DNA of 64,000 nt from Minisyncoccota bacterium (GTDB lineage: Bacteria > Patescibacteriota > Minisyncoccia > Phycocordibacterales > JABAAK01): positions 41,241-105,240 of the forward strand of contig OY764332.1 in NCBI GenBank assembly GCA_963668425.1. The letters are read 5' to 3'. Under the pieces are notes generated by a model, which worked only from the letters and a program-made list of their open reading frames with translations, was not told the DNA's origin and ran no database searches. The position numbers were made by a program, and so were the translations under genes. Of the stretch, positions 28,505 to 38,638 are shown in pieces. Positions within the stretch are counted from its first letter, which is position 1, and every line of letters begins with the position of its first letter.

Positions 28505-29485
28505 TTACAATCTTGGTGTCTGCGTACCTTTTGCAAGGTAGTAGTACTTCCCTCTTTTTTCAATTACTCCTTCGGTGAGGAGTCCTGTTAGCCCTTCGTT
28601 AATTCGCTCTACTTGCACTGTCTGCAGTTGTTTTTTTGAGATACCTTTTTCAGTACTGATGAAAAGGCGTAGCAGTGCGCCACGTGCCTGACGGATTGAT
28701 CCGTCAAACTTGCTTTGTTTGGTGTAATGCTTACTCCGTGCATTTGTTCGTACTCCTTGTGATTTCAGGTGTGCACCGTAGTCCATCATTGCGGAATAAA
28801 ATATCCGAGGGCTCACTTTGCGCTCAAGAGCATTTTGTAGTAGTCGTTTGACAAAAACACTAATCGTCTTATCCGCAACCTCTTTCTTTTTTTGGATGCA
28901 GTGATGCAGTAGGACAGTGCGAATATTTGTTTCAATAATAATGACCGGTCTGTTGTATGCGAACGCTAACACGGCACCAGCGGTATACTCACCAACACCG
29001 GGTAGGGTGAGTAATGTTTCTTTATTTTCTGGCACTACGCTGTCATGCTCGGCGACAAGTATCTTTGCCGCATCGTGTAGCGCGGTTGCCCGTCTGTTGT
29101 ACCCAAGCCCACTCCATAGTGTGAGTACTTCTTTTCGTGTGCTTGAGGCGAGCGCTGTAACCTTTGGAAACTTTTTTAAAAAGGAAATATATTTTGGCAC
29201 CACTCGATCTGCCTGTGTTTGCTGTAGCATGTATTCTGAGATTAAGATGTGATACGGATTATCTGTTTCTCGCCACGGAAGTGTTCGCTGATTGTTTTTG
29301 TAATGCAGTAGTACATGAGAGAGAACGTCATTACTTTTTTCCTTGGATATCTTAGAAGGCATAAAAAATGAAAATATGAAAAACCCCCGGCAGACCAAAG
29401 GAAAGATATTGAGGTCAGCCGAGGGGTTATGGTTGTGCTTTGCTTGGATGAGTTGCCGGATCCATGGCAATCTTACATCCTGCAC
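28505..29485 (-). CDS. HhH-GPD DNA glycosylase of the MutY/Nth family (A/G-specific adenine glycosylase-like), apparently lacking the 4Fe-4S cluster cysteines.
   Basis: RTLPWRETDNPYHILISEYMLQQTQADRVVPKY...LWSGLGYNRRATALHDAAK...LLTLPGVGEYTAGAVLAFAYN follows the MutY N-domain pattern. Only one Cys follows the HhH motif. The start is more likely the internal Met (MPSKISK) near 29359. Confidence 0.72.
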   Translation of the reverse strand: MQDVRLPWIRQLIQAKHNHNPSADLNIFPLVCRGFFIFSFFMPSKISKEKSNDVLSHVLLHYKNNQRTLPWRETDNPYHILISEYMLQQTQADRVVPKYISFLKKFPKVTALASSTRKEVLTLWSGLGYNRRATALHDAAKILVAEHDSVVPENKETLLTLPGVGEYTAGAVLAFAYNRPVIIIETNIRTVLLHHCIQKKKEVADKTISVFVKRLLQNALERKVSPRIFYSAMMDYGAHLKSQGVRTNARSKHYTKQSKFDGSIRQARGALLRLFISTEKGISKKQLQTVQVERINEGLTGLLTEGVIEKRGKYYYLAKGTQTPRL

Positions 29486-30038
29486 TTAGTGCGATGCATA
29501 CAACGGTACCCAGAGGTATGCAGCACTACTGTACGGCATTAGACCGCACCTTAAGGAACAGACATAATAAAAAAAATTATTATGTTGTTATTTGCATCAA
29601 CTTAGAGATTGATGCTTGACGGTCCCCCACGACCACACAAAACAATTCAAAGATCATATACCCTGCAAATCGCTCAGCGACTTGGGTTAAGTCGTCCGGT
29701 GTCATCGATGTCAATATCTCCCGAAAGCTCTGAGCGAGATATCAACATTCAAAGACCAAAAACGAAACTGGCACAGCGTCTTCCTTTCAGAAAGAAACGT
29801 ACACGGTTCAGATTTGAAAAAAAGTATCGGCAATTCTGCGCATATATTTTTATGATTATCAACATCGCACAAGATTTCATCTTATGCGAACACCAAAAAG
29901 ATTTTCGATCTCTCTTGGTGAGTTTTTTTTCAAATCATCTTCTTAATGCTTCGTTCTGCTTTTATGATACCATGGTCTAATAAAAAACATTGCCTTGAAA
30001 TATCTGTGTGGATAAATTGAAAGATTCTACGTTAGATG

Positions 30039-30632
30039 TTATGCCCTCCCGAGTAGATTTCCTAAGAAACTCCGACGATGAATCGGACTTGGTCCATGTT
30101 CTTTGATCATCTCCCTATGGTGTTTAGTGGCATATCCTTTATGTCGTTCAAAGCCGTATGCAGGAAACTGCTCGCTCATCTTGCACATCGTGTTATCACG
30201 AGATTCTTTGGCAATGATTGAGGCAAGTGAAATAAGTTGATTTTTTTCATCACCTTTGATGATGTGTGTTGTGTCGTATTCTTCTGGAATAGGTAATCCG
30301 TAATCAGCATATATATGCTTTATCGGTGTGCAGTATTGTAATTTAAGTAATGCTTCAGTTGATGCGGTGTGTAGCGCTCGACTAATACCACATGCGTCTA
30401 TTTCTCCTGCGGAAACAGAAAACACTGCACAATGAAAACTGTTTTTTTCCATTGTGTTTATCGCACGTATCAACCACTCTTGTCGTTTTTTCTGTGAAAG
30501 TTTTTTAGAGTCACGAATACCGGTTAATATTTTTTCTGGCATTTCACTATCTAGCCACTGCACCGCACATACGGTTACTGGACCTGCTAATGGTCCTCTC
30601 CCCACTTCATCTATTCCGACGCATCCTTTCAT
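30039..30632 (-). CDS. rnhB: Ribonuclease HII.
   Basis: MKGCVGIDEVGRGPLAGPVTVCAV matches the RNase HII signature. Length is 197 aa. Confidence 0.9.
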   Translation of the reverse strand: MKGCVGIDEVGRGPLAGPVTVCAVQWLDSEMPEKILTGIRDSKKLSQKKRQEWLIRAINTMEKNSFHCAVFSVSAGEIDACGISRALHTASTEALLKLQYCTPIKHIYADYGLPIPEEYDTTHIIKGDEKNQLISLASIIAKESRDNTMCKMSEQFPAYGFERHKGYATKHHREMIKEHGPSPIHRRSFLGNLLGRA

Positions 30633-30759
30633 ATACTTTATTCTACACTATTATATTTGAAATTGATGTGTTGCTGTACATACTTCTCCTGTAGATGTTT
30701 TTAGAAAAGATTATCAGTATATAGTCAAGTGTTATAGGTAACCCGCACTTTGACTTGCA

Positions 30760-33700
30760 GTGCAACATATGGCGCACGGACAAAAAATGCTACACTGCTT
30801 GTACATGTTCGGCTATCTCAATACTCACAGTCACTATTCATTATTACGAGGAATAGCGAAGGTGCCGGCGTTATTGGAAAAAGCAAAGGCGACAGGATGT
30901 GATGCGATTGCGTTGACTGATACACATAATCTTTACGGTGCAATTGAGTTTTACAAAGAAGCGCGGGATGTGGGCATTCGTCCGATCTTAGGAGTTACAC
31001 TATTCATTCGTACTGCCGACACCGCACAACACACACCCATTGTCTTGCTCGCACAAAATAAACAAGGGTATCAGAATATCTTGGCGTTAACTACACAGGC
31101 ACATTTTGCAGAAGGAAAAATACCCGTCCTCACTTTAGAGAAAATTGATGCTTGTAAGAAAGGTATCATTGCACTTCTTCCTGCGTTGCACAACCCGGTA
31201 CAACAGTCGCTCATTCACCAAGATACGGCGACAGCGACGAGGCATCTCACTGCCTATAAAACTATCTTTGGGGAAAATCTTTTTATCGGCATCTCACCGC
31301 AAAACCCAACACCTAAAGATGGTACCGCTGTTGCTGCTCCAACAGAGGAGCTTGTTGCACTTGCGCGAGAGCACGCTGTCAGTGTTATTCCTGCTCCGTT
31401 GATTTATCTCTTAGAAGAAAGTGATAAAGAAGCGCGAGATGTTCTTCTCCGCATTCAGCGCACCACCTTGTCTAACCTTGAGGAAGAGGTGTTTGAAGAT
31501 GCACTCCTTTTCCCAAGTCGCGATCAGATAGAAGTATGGTGTCAGACCGCATGTCCTGAGGCAATGCAAAATCTTTCTGATCTCATAGAAAGTATTGATT
31601 GGGAATTGGAACTCGGGAATTGGGTCTTCCCTGACCCGCCAGTCGGTGATGATGCCCGCGATCATGAGGAGATTCTTCGTGACTACGTGGAGCAAGGATT
31701 TGCTCGTCGCGAGATTCAAAAAACAAAGGAAATAGAAGAACGAATTGCATTTGAACTCGGTGTCATTACCGAGCGTGGCTATACTGATTACTTCCTTTCA
31801 GTGATTAATCTCATTCATTATATGCATGACCATGGCATTCTTACTACCACACGCGGATCTGCCGCTGGTTCTATGGTGTCGTACTTGGCAGGCATCACGA
31901 ATGTCAACCCAATAGAATACCAACTTCCTTTTGAACGATTTCTCAATCCATTTCGCCCTTCCCCGCCTGATATTGATATGGATATTGCTGATAATCGCCG
32001 AAATGAAGTTATTGATTATATCTTACGTTGTTTTGGTAAAGAAAAGGTTGCACAAATTGGTACGCTCGGAACGATGATGGCGCGTGCTGCGGTACGTGAC
32101 ACTGCGCGTGCGCTTGGTTATTCATATATGACTGGCGACCGCATTGCCAAACTCATTCCGCCCGGTGCGCAAGGTGCGCCCATGTACATAGACACCGCGC
32201 TTGAGCAGGAAAAGGACTTGCGTGACTTGCATAATGGTGATGAAACCGTACAGCATATTATTCGTGTTGCTAAAAAAATAGAAGGTAACGCCCGGCATAT
32301 CTCGGTACATGCTGCCGGTGTGGTTATCTCTCCGAATACTGTGGCTGCCTATACCCCACTCGAGCGTGATCCGAAAGGTGTGACCAATCGCCCTATCACT
32401 CAATATGATATGCATGCAGTGGAGGATGCAGGACTGCTCAAGTTTGATATTCTCGGACTTACAAACCTTGCTATTCTTGCTGGTGCTGTGAAACTAACAC
32501 AGCAGGATAAGGATATTGCTGTTGATGTTGAGAAGATACCTGTTGATGATCGAAGGACCTATGAGATGATCGGCAAGGGGTACACTATCGGCGTGTTTCA
32601 GCTTGGCGGTGCTGGCATGACCTCTGTGCTCAAGCGTATGAAACCGACTTCTATGTATGACATCGCTGCGATTGTCGCGCTATATCGTCCAGGTCCGATG
32701 GGTAATATAGATGAGTATATCGCACGCAAGCAAGGTAAAAAGCCGGCTTCTTATATTCACCCCAAAATGGAATCATACCTTAAAAATTCTTATGGTGTAT
32801 TGGTGTATCAGGATGACCTTCTCTACACTGCTATTGAACTTGCTGGATATGACTGGAAGGAGGTGGATGTTTTCAGAAAAGCAGTTGGTAAAAAGATTCC
32901 TGAACTCATGGCGGAACAAGAAAAAATATTTAAAAAACGTGTGATAGAAATTAGTGGGCTTACAGATGCGCAGGCAAATAAATTGTGGGACTTGTTTGAG
33001 CCGTTCAAGGGCTATGGCTTTAATAAAGCACATGCGATGAGCTACGCGAAAGTTGCTTATCAAACGGCATATATGAAAGCACATTACCCCGCACAGTATA
33101 TGACCGCACACCTTACCGCCGTCTCAGGAGAAACAGATAATGTGGCAGAGTTGGTATATGAATCAAAACGTATTGGGCTTACCATACTGGCACCTGAATT
33201 AAATGAATCCGCTGTGTCGTTTAGCACTGAAAAAAATGCTACTGACAAAGAATCTATCCGCATCGGATTAGAAACCATTAAGCAGGTTGGTGGTGCTGTT
33301 GCACAGGCGATTGTTTCAGAGCGAGAAAAAAATGGTCATTACACCACATTGGAAGATTTCTTTATCCGTATTGGCTCGTATGGTGTCATTAGCAAACGTA
33401 GCTTGGAAGCACTTATCAAAACTGGTGTGTTTGATTCGTTTGATAAGCGTGATGTGCTGTTGGAGAATATATCGTTACTATTAGAATGCACTAAAGACAC
33501 CAAGGGCGCTGAACAGCAGCATGCTCTTTTTGATACTACGGCAACTATCTCACTGGAGTTGCAACCTGCAAAAATGCCGATTAGCAAAGCACAAGAGCTG
33601 TATTGGGAAAAAGAACTTCTCGGTGTGTATGTTTCTGGTCACCCACTTGACCTCTGTCAGCGAGAAGGATTGCATTTGCAGGATATCCAGCGCAGAGAAA

Positions 33701-34095
33701 AGAAAAAGAAAGTTATGGTTACTGCCGTCATCAGCGACATCAAACCATTCAGAAGCAAATCGGGCAGAAAAATGTATTTTGTCACTCTTGAAGATGATCA
33801 CAACAATAAACTAGAGGCCGTCTACTTCTTTCCAGAAAATAAAGAAGAGGCAGAAAAAGCAGAAGAGCAATACGAACCTCTGCTTGCCCTGTATCGCCCC
33901 GTTAAAATTCGCGGCATTACTTCATTCAGAAACAATGAAATTACTATTCGTATAGATAGTATAGAAAATCCGATACCGGTGGTGAATGAGCAAGTGGTCA
34001 CGCCGCACATGAGCCAGCACCGTGCTTCTGCACATACTTTTGATGATACTCCTCTGCCTCATGAAACTGCACAGCCGGTACAACATCCGTCATAA
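30760..34095 (+). CDS. dnaE: DNA polymerase III alpha subunit (DnaE).
   Basis: PHP domain NTHSHYSLLRGIAKV...LTDTHNLYGAIEFYK; polymerase core with PDIDMDIAD...; full-length ~1100 aa architecture. The start is probably the internal Met (MFGYLNTHSHY) near 30805. Confidence 0.95.
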   Translation: MQHMAHGQKMLHCLYMFGYLNTHSHYSLLRGIAKVPALLEKAKATGCDAIALTDTHNLYGAIEFYKEARDVGIRPILGVTLFIRTADTAQHTPIVLLAQNKQGYQNILALTTQAHFAEGKIPVLTLEKIDACKKGIIALLPALHNPVQQSLIHQDTATATRHLTAYKTIFGENLFIGISPQNPTPKDGTAVAAPTEELVALAREHAVSVIPAPLIYLLEESDKEARDVLLRIQRTTLSNLEEEVFEDALLFPSRDQIEVWCQTACPEAMQNLSDLIESIDWELELGNWVFPDPPVGDDARDHEEILRDYVEQGFARREIQKTKEIEERIAFELGVITERGYTDYFLSVINLIHYMHDHGILTTTRGSAAGSMVSYLAGITNVNPIEYQLPFERFLNPFRPSPPDIDMDIADNRRNEVIDYILRCFGKEKVAQIGTLGTMMARAAVRDTARALGYSYMTGDRIAKLIPPGAQGAPMYIDTALEQEKDLRDLHNGDETVQHIIRVAKKIEGNARHISVHAAGVVISPNTVAAYTPLERDPKGVTNRPITQYDMHAVEDAGLLKFDILGLTNLAILAGAVKLTQQDKDIAVDVEKIPVDDRRTYEMIGKGYTIGVFQLGGAGMTSVLKRMKPTSMYDIAAIVALYRPGPMGNIDEYIARKQGKKPASYIHPKMESYLKNSYGVLVYQDDLLYTAIELAGYDWKEVDVFRKAVGKKIPELMAEQEKIFKKRVIEISGLTDAQANKLWDLFEPFKGYGFNKAHAMSYAKVAYQTAYMKAHYPAQYMTAHLTAVSGETDNVAELVYESKRIGLTILAPELNESAVSFSTEKNATDKESIRIGLETIKQVGGAVAQAIVSEREKNGHYTTLEDFFIRIGSYGVISKRSLEALIKTGVFDSFDKRDVLLENISLLLECTKDTKGAEQQHALFDTTATISLELQPAKMPISKAQELYWEKELLGVYVSGHPLDLCQREGLHLQDIQRREKKKKVMVTAVISDIKPFRSKSGRKMYFVTLEDDHNNKLEAVYFFPENKEEAEKAEEQYEPLLALYRPVKIRGITSFRNNEITIRIDSIENPIPVVNEQVVTPHMSQHRASAHTFDDTPLPHETAQPVQHPS

Positions 34096-34471
34096 TTGGT
34101 GATTTGTATACACCCACATCCTGCAGTGCTTGTTTTGATTTCTCTGCCGCTTCTTTTTGCGCGTCAGTGTGATAAAAGATAACTGAGTGGTACTGCTCTC
34201 CGATATCAAGCCCCTGACGGTTTGCTGTTGTTGGATCGTGTATGCTCCAAAATGTTTTCAGCAATTGCTCGTATGTTATTTGCTCGGGGTCAAATACAAC
34301 CTCAACTGCCTCTTTGTGTCCAGTATCGCCATTGCATACCATTTCATACGTTGGGCTCTTGGCACTGCCTCCAGCATATCCAACTCGTGTCTTTAGCACT
34401 CCAGGTAGTTTCATAAATGTATTCTCTACACCCCAAAAACACCCTGCTGCAAATGTTGCTTTCTCTTCCAT
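33998..34471 (-). CDS. msrA: Peptide methionine sulfoxide reductase A.
   Basis: ATFAAGCFWGVE (GCFWG active-site motif). Length is 157 aa. Confidence 0.92.
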   Translation of the reverse strand: MEEKATFAAGCFWGVENTFMKLPGVLKTRVGYAGGSAKSPTYEMVCNGDTGHKEAVEVVFDPEQITYEQLLKTFWSIHDPTTANRQGLDIGEQYHSVIFYHTDAQKEAAEKSKQALQDVGVYKSPIMTDVVPAVQFHEAEEYHQKYVQKHGAGSCAA

Positions 34472-34621
34472 ATACCATGCAGTGTACGATACTTCTCAGA
34501 TGTTATATCAAATCGTATATTGTAAAGAATAAAAAATATGGCCACCCTCATCACCTTGTCACTTTCTTTTTCAATTATTCCTACTGCCCTTTTCACTCTT
34601 CATGGAATGTAAAGGGTGCTT

Positions 34622-34697
34622 TGGTGGACTGTAGCGGGATTGAACCGCTGACCTCTCGCATGCCATGCGAGCGCTCTACCAGCTGAGCTAACAGCCC
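34622..34697 (-). tRNA. tRNA-Ala (anticodon GGC), CCA encoded.
   Basis: The reverse complement GGGCTGT-TA-GCTC-AGCTGGTA-GAGC-G-CTCGC-ATGGCAT-GCGAG-AGGTC-AGCGG-TTCAATC-CCGCT-ACAGTCC-A-CCA has a G3:U70 pair. Confidence 0.85.
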
Positions 34698-34706
34698 TTG
34701 CCCCAG

Positions 34707-34777
34707 TCGGACTGCCGGGAATCGAACCCGGACCACACGCACCCCATGCGTGCACACTACCACTATGCTACAGTCCG
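34707..34777 (-). tRNA. tRNA-Pro (anticodon GGG), CCA not encoded.
   Basis: The reverse complement CGGACTG-TA-GCAT-AGTGGTA-GTGT-G-CACGC-ATGGGGT-GCGTG-TGGT-CCGGG-TTCGATT-CCCGG-CAGTCCG-A lies 9 nt upstream of tRNA-Ala on the same strand. Confidence 0.8.
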
Positions 34778-34897
34778 TGTCGCTTTCATGCTACTAGTAT
34801 ACAGAATCTTTCTCTCACTTCTGCTTTTTTGGCACTGTTGCTCTTTTGGCAATATTTTTATTTGATTACATATTATCTGTGCTATACTATCTTACAC

Positions 34898-35128
34898 ATG
34901 GAGCATGATACTCAGAAAAAATTTGCGGATGGACTTTTTTTCAGCAGAAATAATAATGCACCTGATTTTGTTGTAGGGTCGCTTGGCATACAAGTTGAAA
35001 AGGCGGTCGCATGGATCGGGCAGCAAAAGCAGAAGGAAAATGGTTTTATTAATGTTGATATTAAAAAGTCCCGAGAAGGAAAATACTACCTTGAACTGAA
35101 TGACTTTGAACCAAAACGGGGGCAATAA
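34898..35128 (+). CDS. Small hypothetical protein (76 aa from the internal Met; track ORF 34829..35128).
   Basis: MEHDTQKKFADGLFFSRNNNAPDFVVGSLGIQVEKAVAWIGQQKQKENGFINVDIKKSREGKYYLELNDFEPK. No recognised motif. Confidence 0.3.
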   Translation: MEHDTQKKFADGLFFSRNNNAPDFVVGSLGIQVEKAVAWIGQQKQKENGFINVDIKKSREGKYYLELNDFEPKRGQ

Positions 35129-35186
35129 GAGGGGTGTCTGTTGGTTGCTGGTAGGATCTGCCTATTAATGCGGTATAGTTACAGTA

Positions 35187-36674
35187 ATGCCTCAGAGACA
35201 GGAAACATACATTGAAGCGAAAGATATTATTGCTGCTATGCAGCAGAGGTCTACTATGCAGGAGAGAAAAATGATTGAGCGAGCATGTGCGTTCGCTCAA
35301 AAAAAACATGCAGGACAGACACGCTATTCAGGAGAGCCGTATTATACACACCCGCTAGAAGTTGGACGGCTTCTTGCGGAGGTTGGCATGTCTGCAGAAG
35401 TAGTTGTTGCCGGCATTCTGCATGACACACTTGAAGACACTGATACCTCTGCTAAAGAATTAGAAAAAGAATTCACTAAAAAGGTGGCATTTTTTGTTGG
35501 CGGTGTGAGTAATCTTGGTAAGGTGCGGTACCAAGGACTTGATGCACGAGTAAAATCTTTGCAAAAGCTCCTTGTCGCAACCTCAAAAGACATTCGTGTT
35601 ATTATTATCAAGCTGATGGACCGACTTCACAACATGCGCACTCTTGGCGCTGTCCCAAAAACTAAACAAAAACGTATTGCCAAAGAGACACAACAGGTGT
35701 ATGCGCCGATTGCCGATCGCCTCGGTATGGGAATGCTGAAAACAGAATTGGAAGAGCTTGCCTTTAAGCATCTTGACCCCTCAACCTACACTGATCTTAA
35801 GAAAGAGATTGATACTGCTATCGGCTCAATCTCAATGCCCGCTATAGAGAAGAAGGTAAAAAAGATACTTGCTGATATGGATATCACTGACAGCATCATT
35901 ACTTCTCGAATAAAAAGTGTGTACAGCACCTATATGAAAATGCGGTACAAAAAATACACCCTTGAGCAGATACAGGACTTGGCAGCTCTGCGTATCTTAG
36001 TCCATACTGTGCCGGACGCATACAGCGTGTTAGGTATTTTACATGCAGAATGGCGATCTATCCCTGGGGCACTTAAAGATTACATCTCTCTTCCGAAGCC
36101 GAATGGTTACCAATCACTTCATACTCGGATACTCATAGATAAACATATTCTTGAAGTGCAAATACTCACCCATGAAATGTATCGGCATGCACAGTTTGGT
36201 ATTGCTGCGCATTTCTCGTATAAAGATAAACGACATGGAATAGTGAGTTTGGAGCTGGAATGGTTTGATACATTGCTTGCCAATAAAAAAGGTGCGAAAC
36301 GGATACCGTGGTCAGAGAGAATTGCTACAACACAGCAGAAAATCGCCGATGACCCTGATTTTATGGATACTATGCAGTCGGATTTTTTACAGGAGCGAAT
36401 GTTTATTTTTACCCCGAAGGGTGAAGTGGTTGACCTGCCTCAAAAAGCAACTCCTGTTGATTTTGCGTTTGCTATTCATGGCGATATTGGCAAACACGCC
36501 GAAGGTGCATTTGTTAATGGCAAATATGTATCCCTTCGTCATGAATTGCAGAATGGTGATGTGGTTACTATTAAAGTTGGCAAGAAAGCGACTGTAAACA
36601 AAAAATGGCTTGATTGGGTTAAAACAACTGAGGCACGTGCTCGTATTCGTAACCTTACAAAGAAAAATTCTTAA
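35187..36674 (+). CDS. rel: Bifunctional (p)ppGpp synthetase/hydrolase, short RelA/SpoT homolog.
   Basis: HD hydrolase motif AGILHDTLEDT, synthetase-domain motif RIKSVYSTYMKMRYKK, and a TGS-like C-terminus. Length is 495 aa; the ACT region is absent. Confidence 0.88.
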   Translation: MPQRQETYIEAKDIIAAMQQRSTMQERKMIERACAFAQKKHAGQTRYSGEPYYTHPLEVGRLLAEVGMSAEVVVAGILHDTLEDTDTSAKELEKEFTKKVAFFVGGVSNLGKVRYQGLDARVKSLQKLLVATSKDIRVIIIKLMDRLHNMRTLGAVPKTKQKRIAKETQQVYAPIADRLGMGMLKTELEELAFKHLDPSTYTDLKKEIDTAIGSISMPAIEKKVKKILADMDITDSIITSRIKSVYSTYMKMRYKKYTLEQIQDLAALRILVHTVPDAYSVLGILHAEWRSIPGALKDYISLPKPNGYQSLHTRILIDKHILEVQILTHEMYRHAQFGIAAHFSYKDKRHGIVSLELEWFDTLLANKKGAKRIPWSERIATTQQKIADDPDFMDTMQSDFLQERMFIFTPKGEVVDLPQKATPVDFAFAIHGDIGKHAEGAFVNGKYVSLRHELQNGDVVTIKVGKKATVNKKWLDWVKTTEARARIRNLTKKNS

Positions 36675-37683
36675 AATTGTACATCTCGTCTTCGGTTCCT
36701 TCTGTCTCCCCAATATCCTCTTCCTCTTCAAGAGTGATGGTTGTCACTGCGTCTGTACTGGTACTACCCTGCTCTGCTCCAGATGCATCTTCTAGTTTAT
36801 TGATAATGCCTTCCAAATCTTGTCCAGAGAAATAATCAATTACGATTTTGCCACCGGTCTCTCCTTGTGAGCGGATATGCACTCGTGTCTCTAGAAAACC
36901 TTCCAATACTGATTGTGCTTTTTGTACATATGGATCATGCTCAATTTTTCGTGCGCGGTTTTTTGCTTGCCGTCGCGCGATGAGCTCTGAATCCCGCACT
37001 GTTATTCTTCGATTTACAATTTCGTCAAATAATGCTCGTTGATCATCGGGGGTCTCCACCAACATTAGCAATGGTCTGGTATGCCCTTCCGATATTTTTT
37101 TATCCGTTACCGCCTGAATCATGTCCTCTGGCAGTGTTAGGAGGCGTATACTGTTTGATATGTATTCCCTACTACGACTCATCCGCTGCGCTACTTCGGT
37201 GTGCGTCATATTAAAATCTTCAATGAGCTGCTTGAATGCACGTGCTCGATCAATAGGGTTCAAATCATCCCGTTCAAGGTTTTCTATCATTGCTAATTCA
37301 AGTCGTATGTTATTTTCAGATATATCAACCCTGATTACTGCTGGCACTTCGGAGAGCCCGGCGATTTTTGATGCACGCAATCGTCGCTCTCCTGCGATAA
37401 GTTCGTATCGGGCTGACATATCACCTGTATCAGCAACGTCCTCTTTTTTTGTGACCACTAATGGCTGCAATACTCCATATCGCCGAATTGATTGTGCTAA
37501 GCTTTGTAATTTACCATCTTCAAACTCTTTTCTAGGTTGAAACGGATTTGGGTCAATTTTGTCAACTGATAGCCAGAATACTGACGGCTGGCTGTTATTA
37601 CCTGTATTCTGCACTATACTTTCCTCCATATAGTATGCAGTATACAGTATTCTTGTTATTCGTATATTGCTGGGCGGACACAA
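36655..37683 (-). CDS. parB: ParB/Spo0J-family partition protein. No adjacent parA.
   Basis: ParB box LIAGERRLRASKIAGLSEVPAVIRV, HTH region, and an acidic C-terminal tail. The start is probably an internal Met (MEESIVQ). The 3' end overlaps the rel 3' end by 20 bp (convergent). Confidence 0.85.
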   Translation of the reverse strand: MCPPSNIRITRILYTAYYMEESIVQNTGNNSQPSVFWLSVDKIDPNPFQPRKEFEDGKLQSLAQSIRRYGVLQPLVVTKKEDVADTGDMSARYELIAGERRLRASKIAGLSEVPAVIRVDISENNIRLELAMIENLERDDLNPIDRARAFKQLIEDFNMTHTEVAQRMSRSREYISNSIRLLTLPEDMIQAVTDKKISEGHTRPLLMLVETPDDQRALFDEIVNRRITVRDSELIARRQAKNRARKIEHDPYVQKAQSVLEGFLETRVHIRSQGETGGKIVIDYFSGQDLEGIINKLEDASGAEQGSTSTDAVTTITLEEEEDIGETEGTEDEMYNFKNFSL

Positions 37684-37819
37684 GAGGCATTCATTCTATA
37701 CTACCGATCTTCCGTTTATCCCTACCTACTTCCCTGCGTTATTTCTTTCCTGTGGTGCTGTATACTGCTCTGTGTAGGATTGTTCCTATAACAAATTATT
37801 AAGATATGATATTTAACCT

Positions 37820-38464
37820 ATGTTACAATTAAAAAATAGACAGTTGTTGTACGCTGGGATTGGTGTTACGCTTGCGTTTGTTGTTTCTATGCTGTTCGTG
37901 CTTACCTTGTACGCTGAAAATGAGGTTCACTCCAAGCGAAGTATGCACTCATCGGAAACCAAAAGTGCAATTCACACAGCATTTGAGGATAATGACTACG
38001 ATGCTTATGTTATGGCTGTTACTGAGAAAAATAAGCAATCTATACTAACTGAAGAAGAGTTCAATAGTCATGTTCAAAAAATTGCTAAAAAACAGCAGAT
38101 TCGGGATGCGCTTACCGCTGACGACTATGATGCCTACCTTAAGCTTACTGACGGAAGTATGCACCAGTTATCTGAAGCAGCATTTACCAAGAAATCAAAA
38201 ATGCTTGCGCTGAAAGAAGAGATCAAAACAGCACTAGAAGGTCGCGATTATACCTCTTTCACACAAAAGAAACAGGCATTGCAAGAGTTGCTTGGTGATG
38301 AATATGTAAGTCATAAAGGTCATGGTGACTCAGAGGAGATAACTGAAGAGCGGTTCGGCATGCTTGCTGATAGAGCTGAACAGCATGGTACTGAAGGTTT
38401 TGCTGGAAAAAAGCAGCAAGGTTATCACAACAAGTGCGGACACTCGTCCTACCACTCTTGGTAA
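37820..38464 (+). CDS. Membrane-anchored hypothetical protein with DYDAY-type repeats.
   Basis: N-terminal TM segment, then repeated ...(D/N)DYDAY... segments. Length is 214 aa. Confidence 0.45.
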   Translation: MLQLKNRQLLYAGIGVTLAFVVSMLFVLTLYAENEVHSKRSMHSSETKSAIHTAFEDNDYDAYVMAVTEKNKQSILTEEEFNSHVQKIAKKQQIRDALTADDYDAYLKLTDGSMHQLSEAAFTKKSKMLALKEEIKTALEGRDYTSFTQKKQALQELLGDEYVSHKGHGDSEEITEERFGMLADRAEQHGTEGFAGKKQQGYHNKCGHSSYHSW

Positions 38465-38514
38465 CTGAACACAAAGATGAAACGCAAAAAATATTTTTTG
38501 CGCGACATCATAAG

Positions 38515-38560
38515 AAAAACCCACCACGTTCCGTAAAAAGAATGTGGTGGTTTTCTTTTG
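38515..38560 (+). terminator. Rho-independent terminator.
   Basis: CCACCAC gttccgtaaaaagaat GTGGTGG ttttctttt follows the 37820..38464 gene. An AT palindrome gcaaaaaatattttttgc (38484-38501) lies just before it. Confidence 0.45.
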
Positions 38561-38638
38561 AGTACAGTAGTGCGGACATATTATTTTTTATCTCTGTGTG
38601 CTGGCAAGGAGAAAGTGCTCAAACCATTGTAGTAAATA

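Noticed and set aside
29609-29980. ORF 29609..29980 (+), 123 aa.
   Set aside because: Arg/Lys-rich, low-complexity translation in an AT-rich intergenic gap. It is noted only as a possible ncRNA region.
34417-34686. ORF 34417..34686 (+) and nearby small ORFs.
   Set aside because: They overlap msrA antisense and the tRNA-Ala gene.
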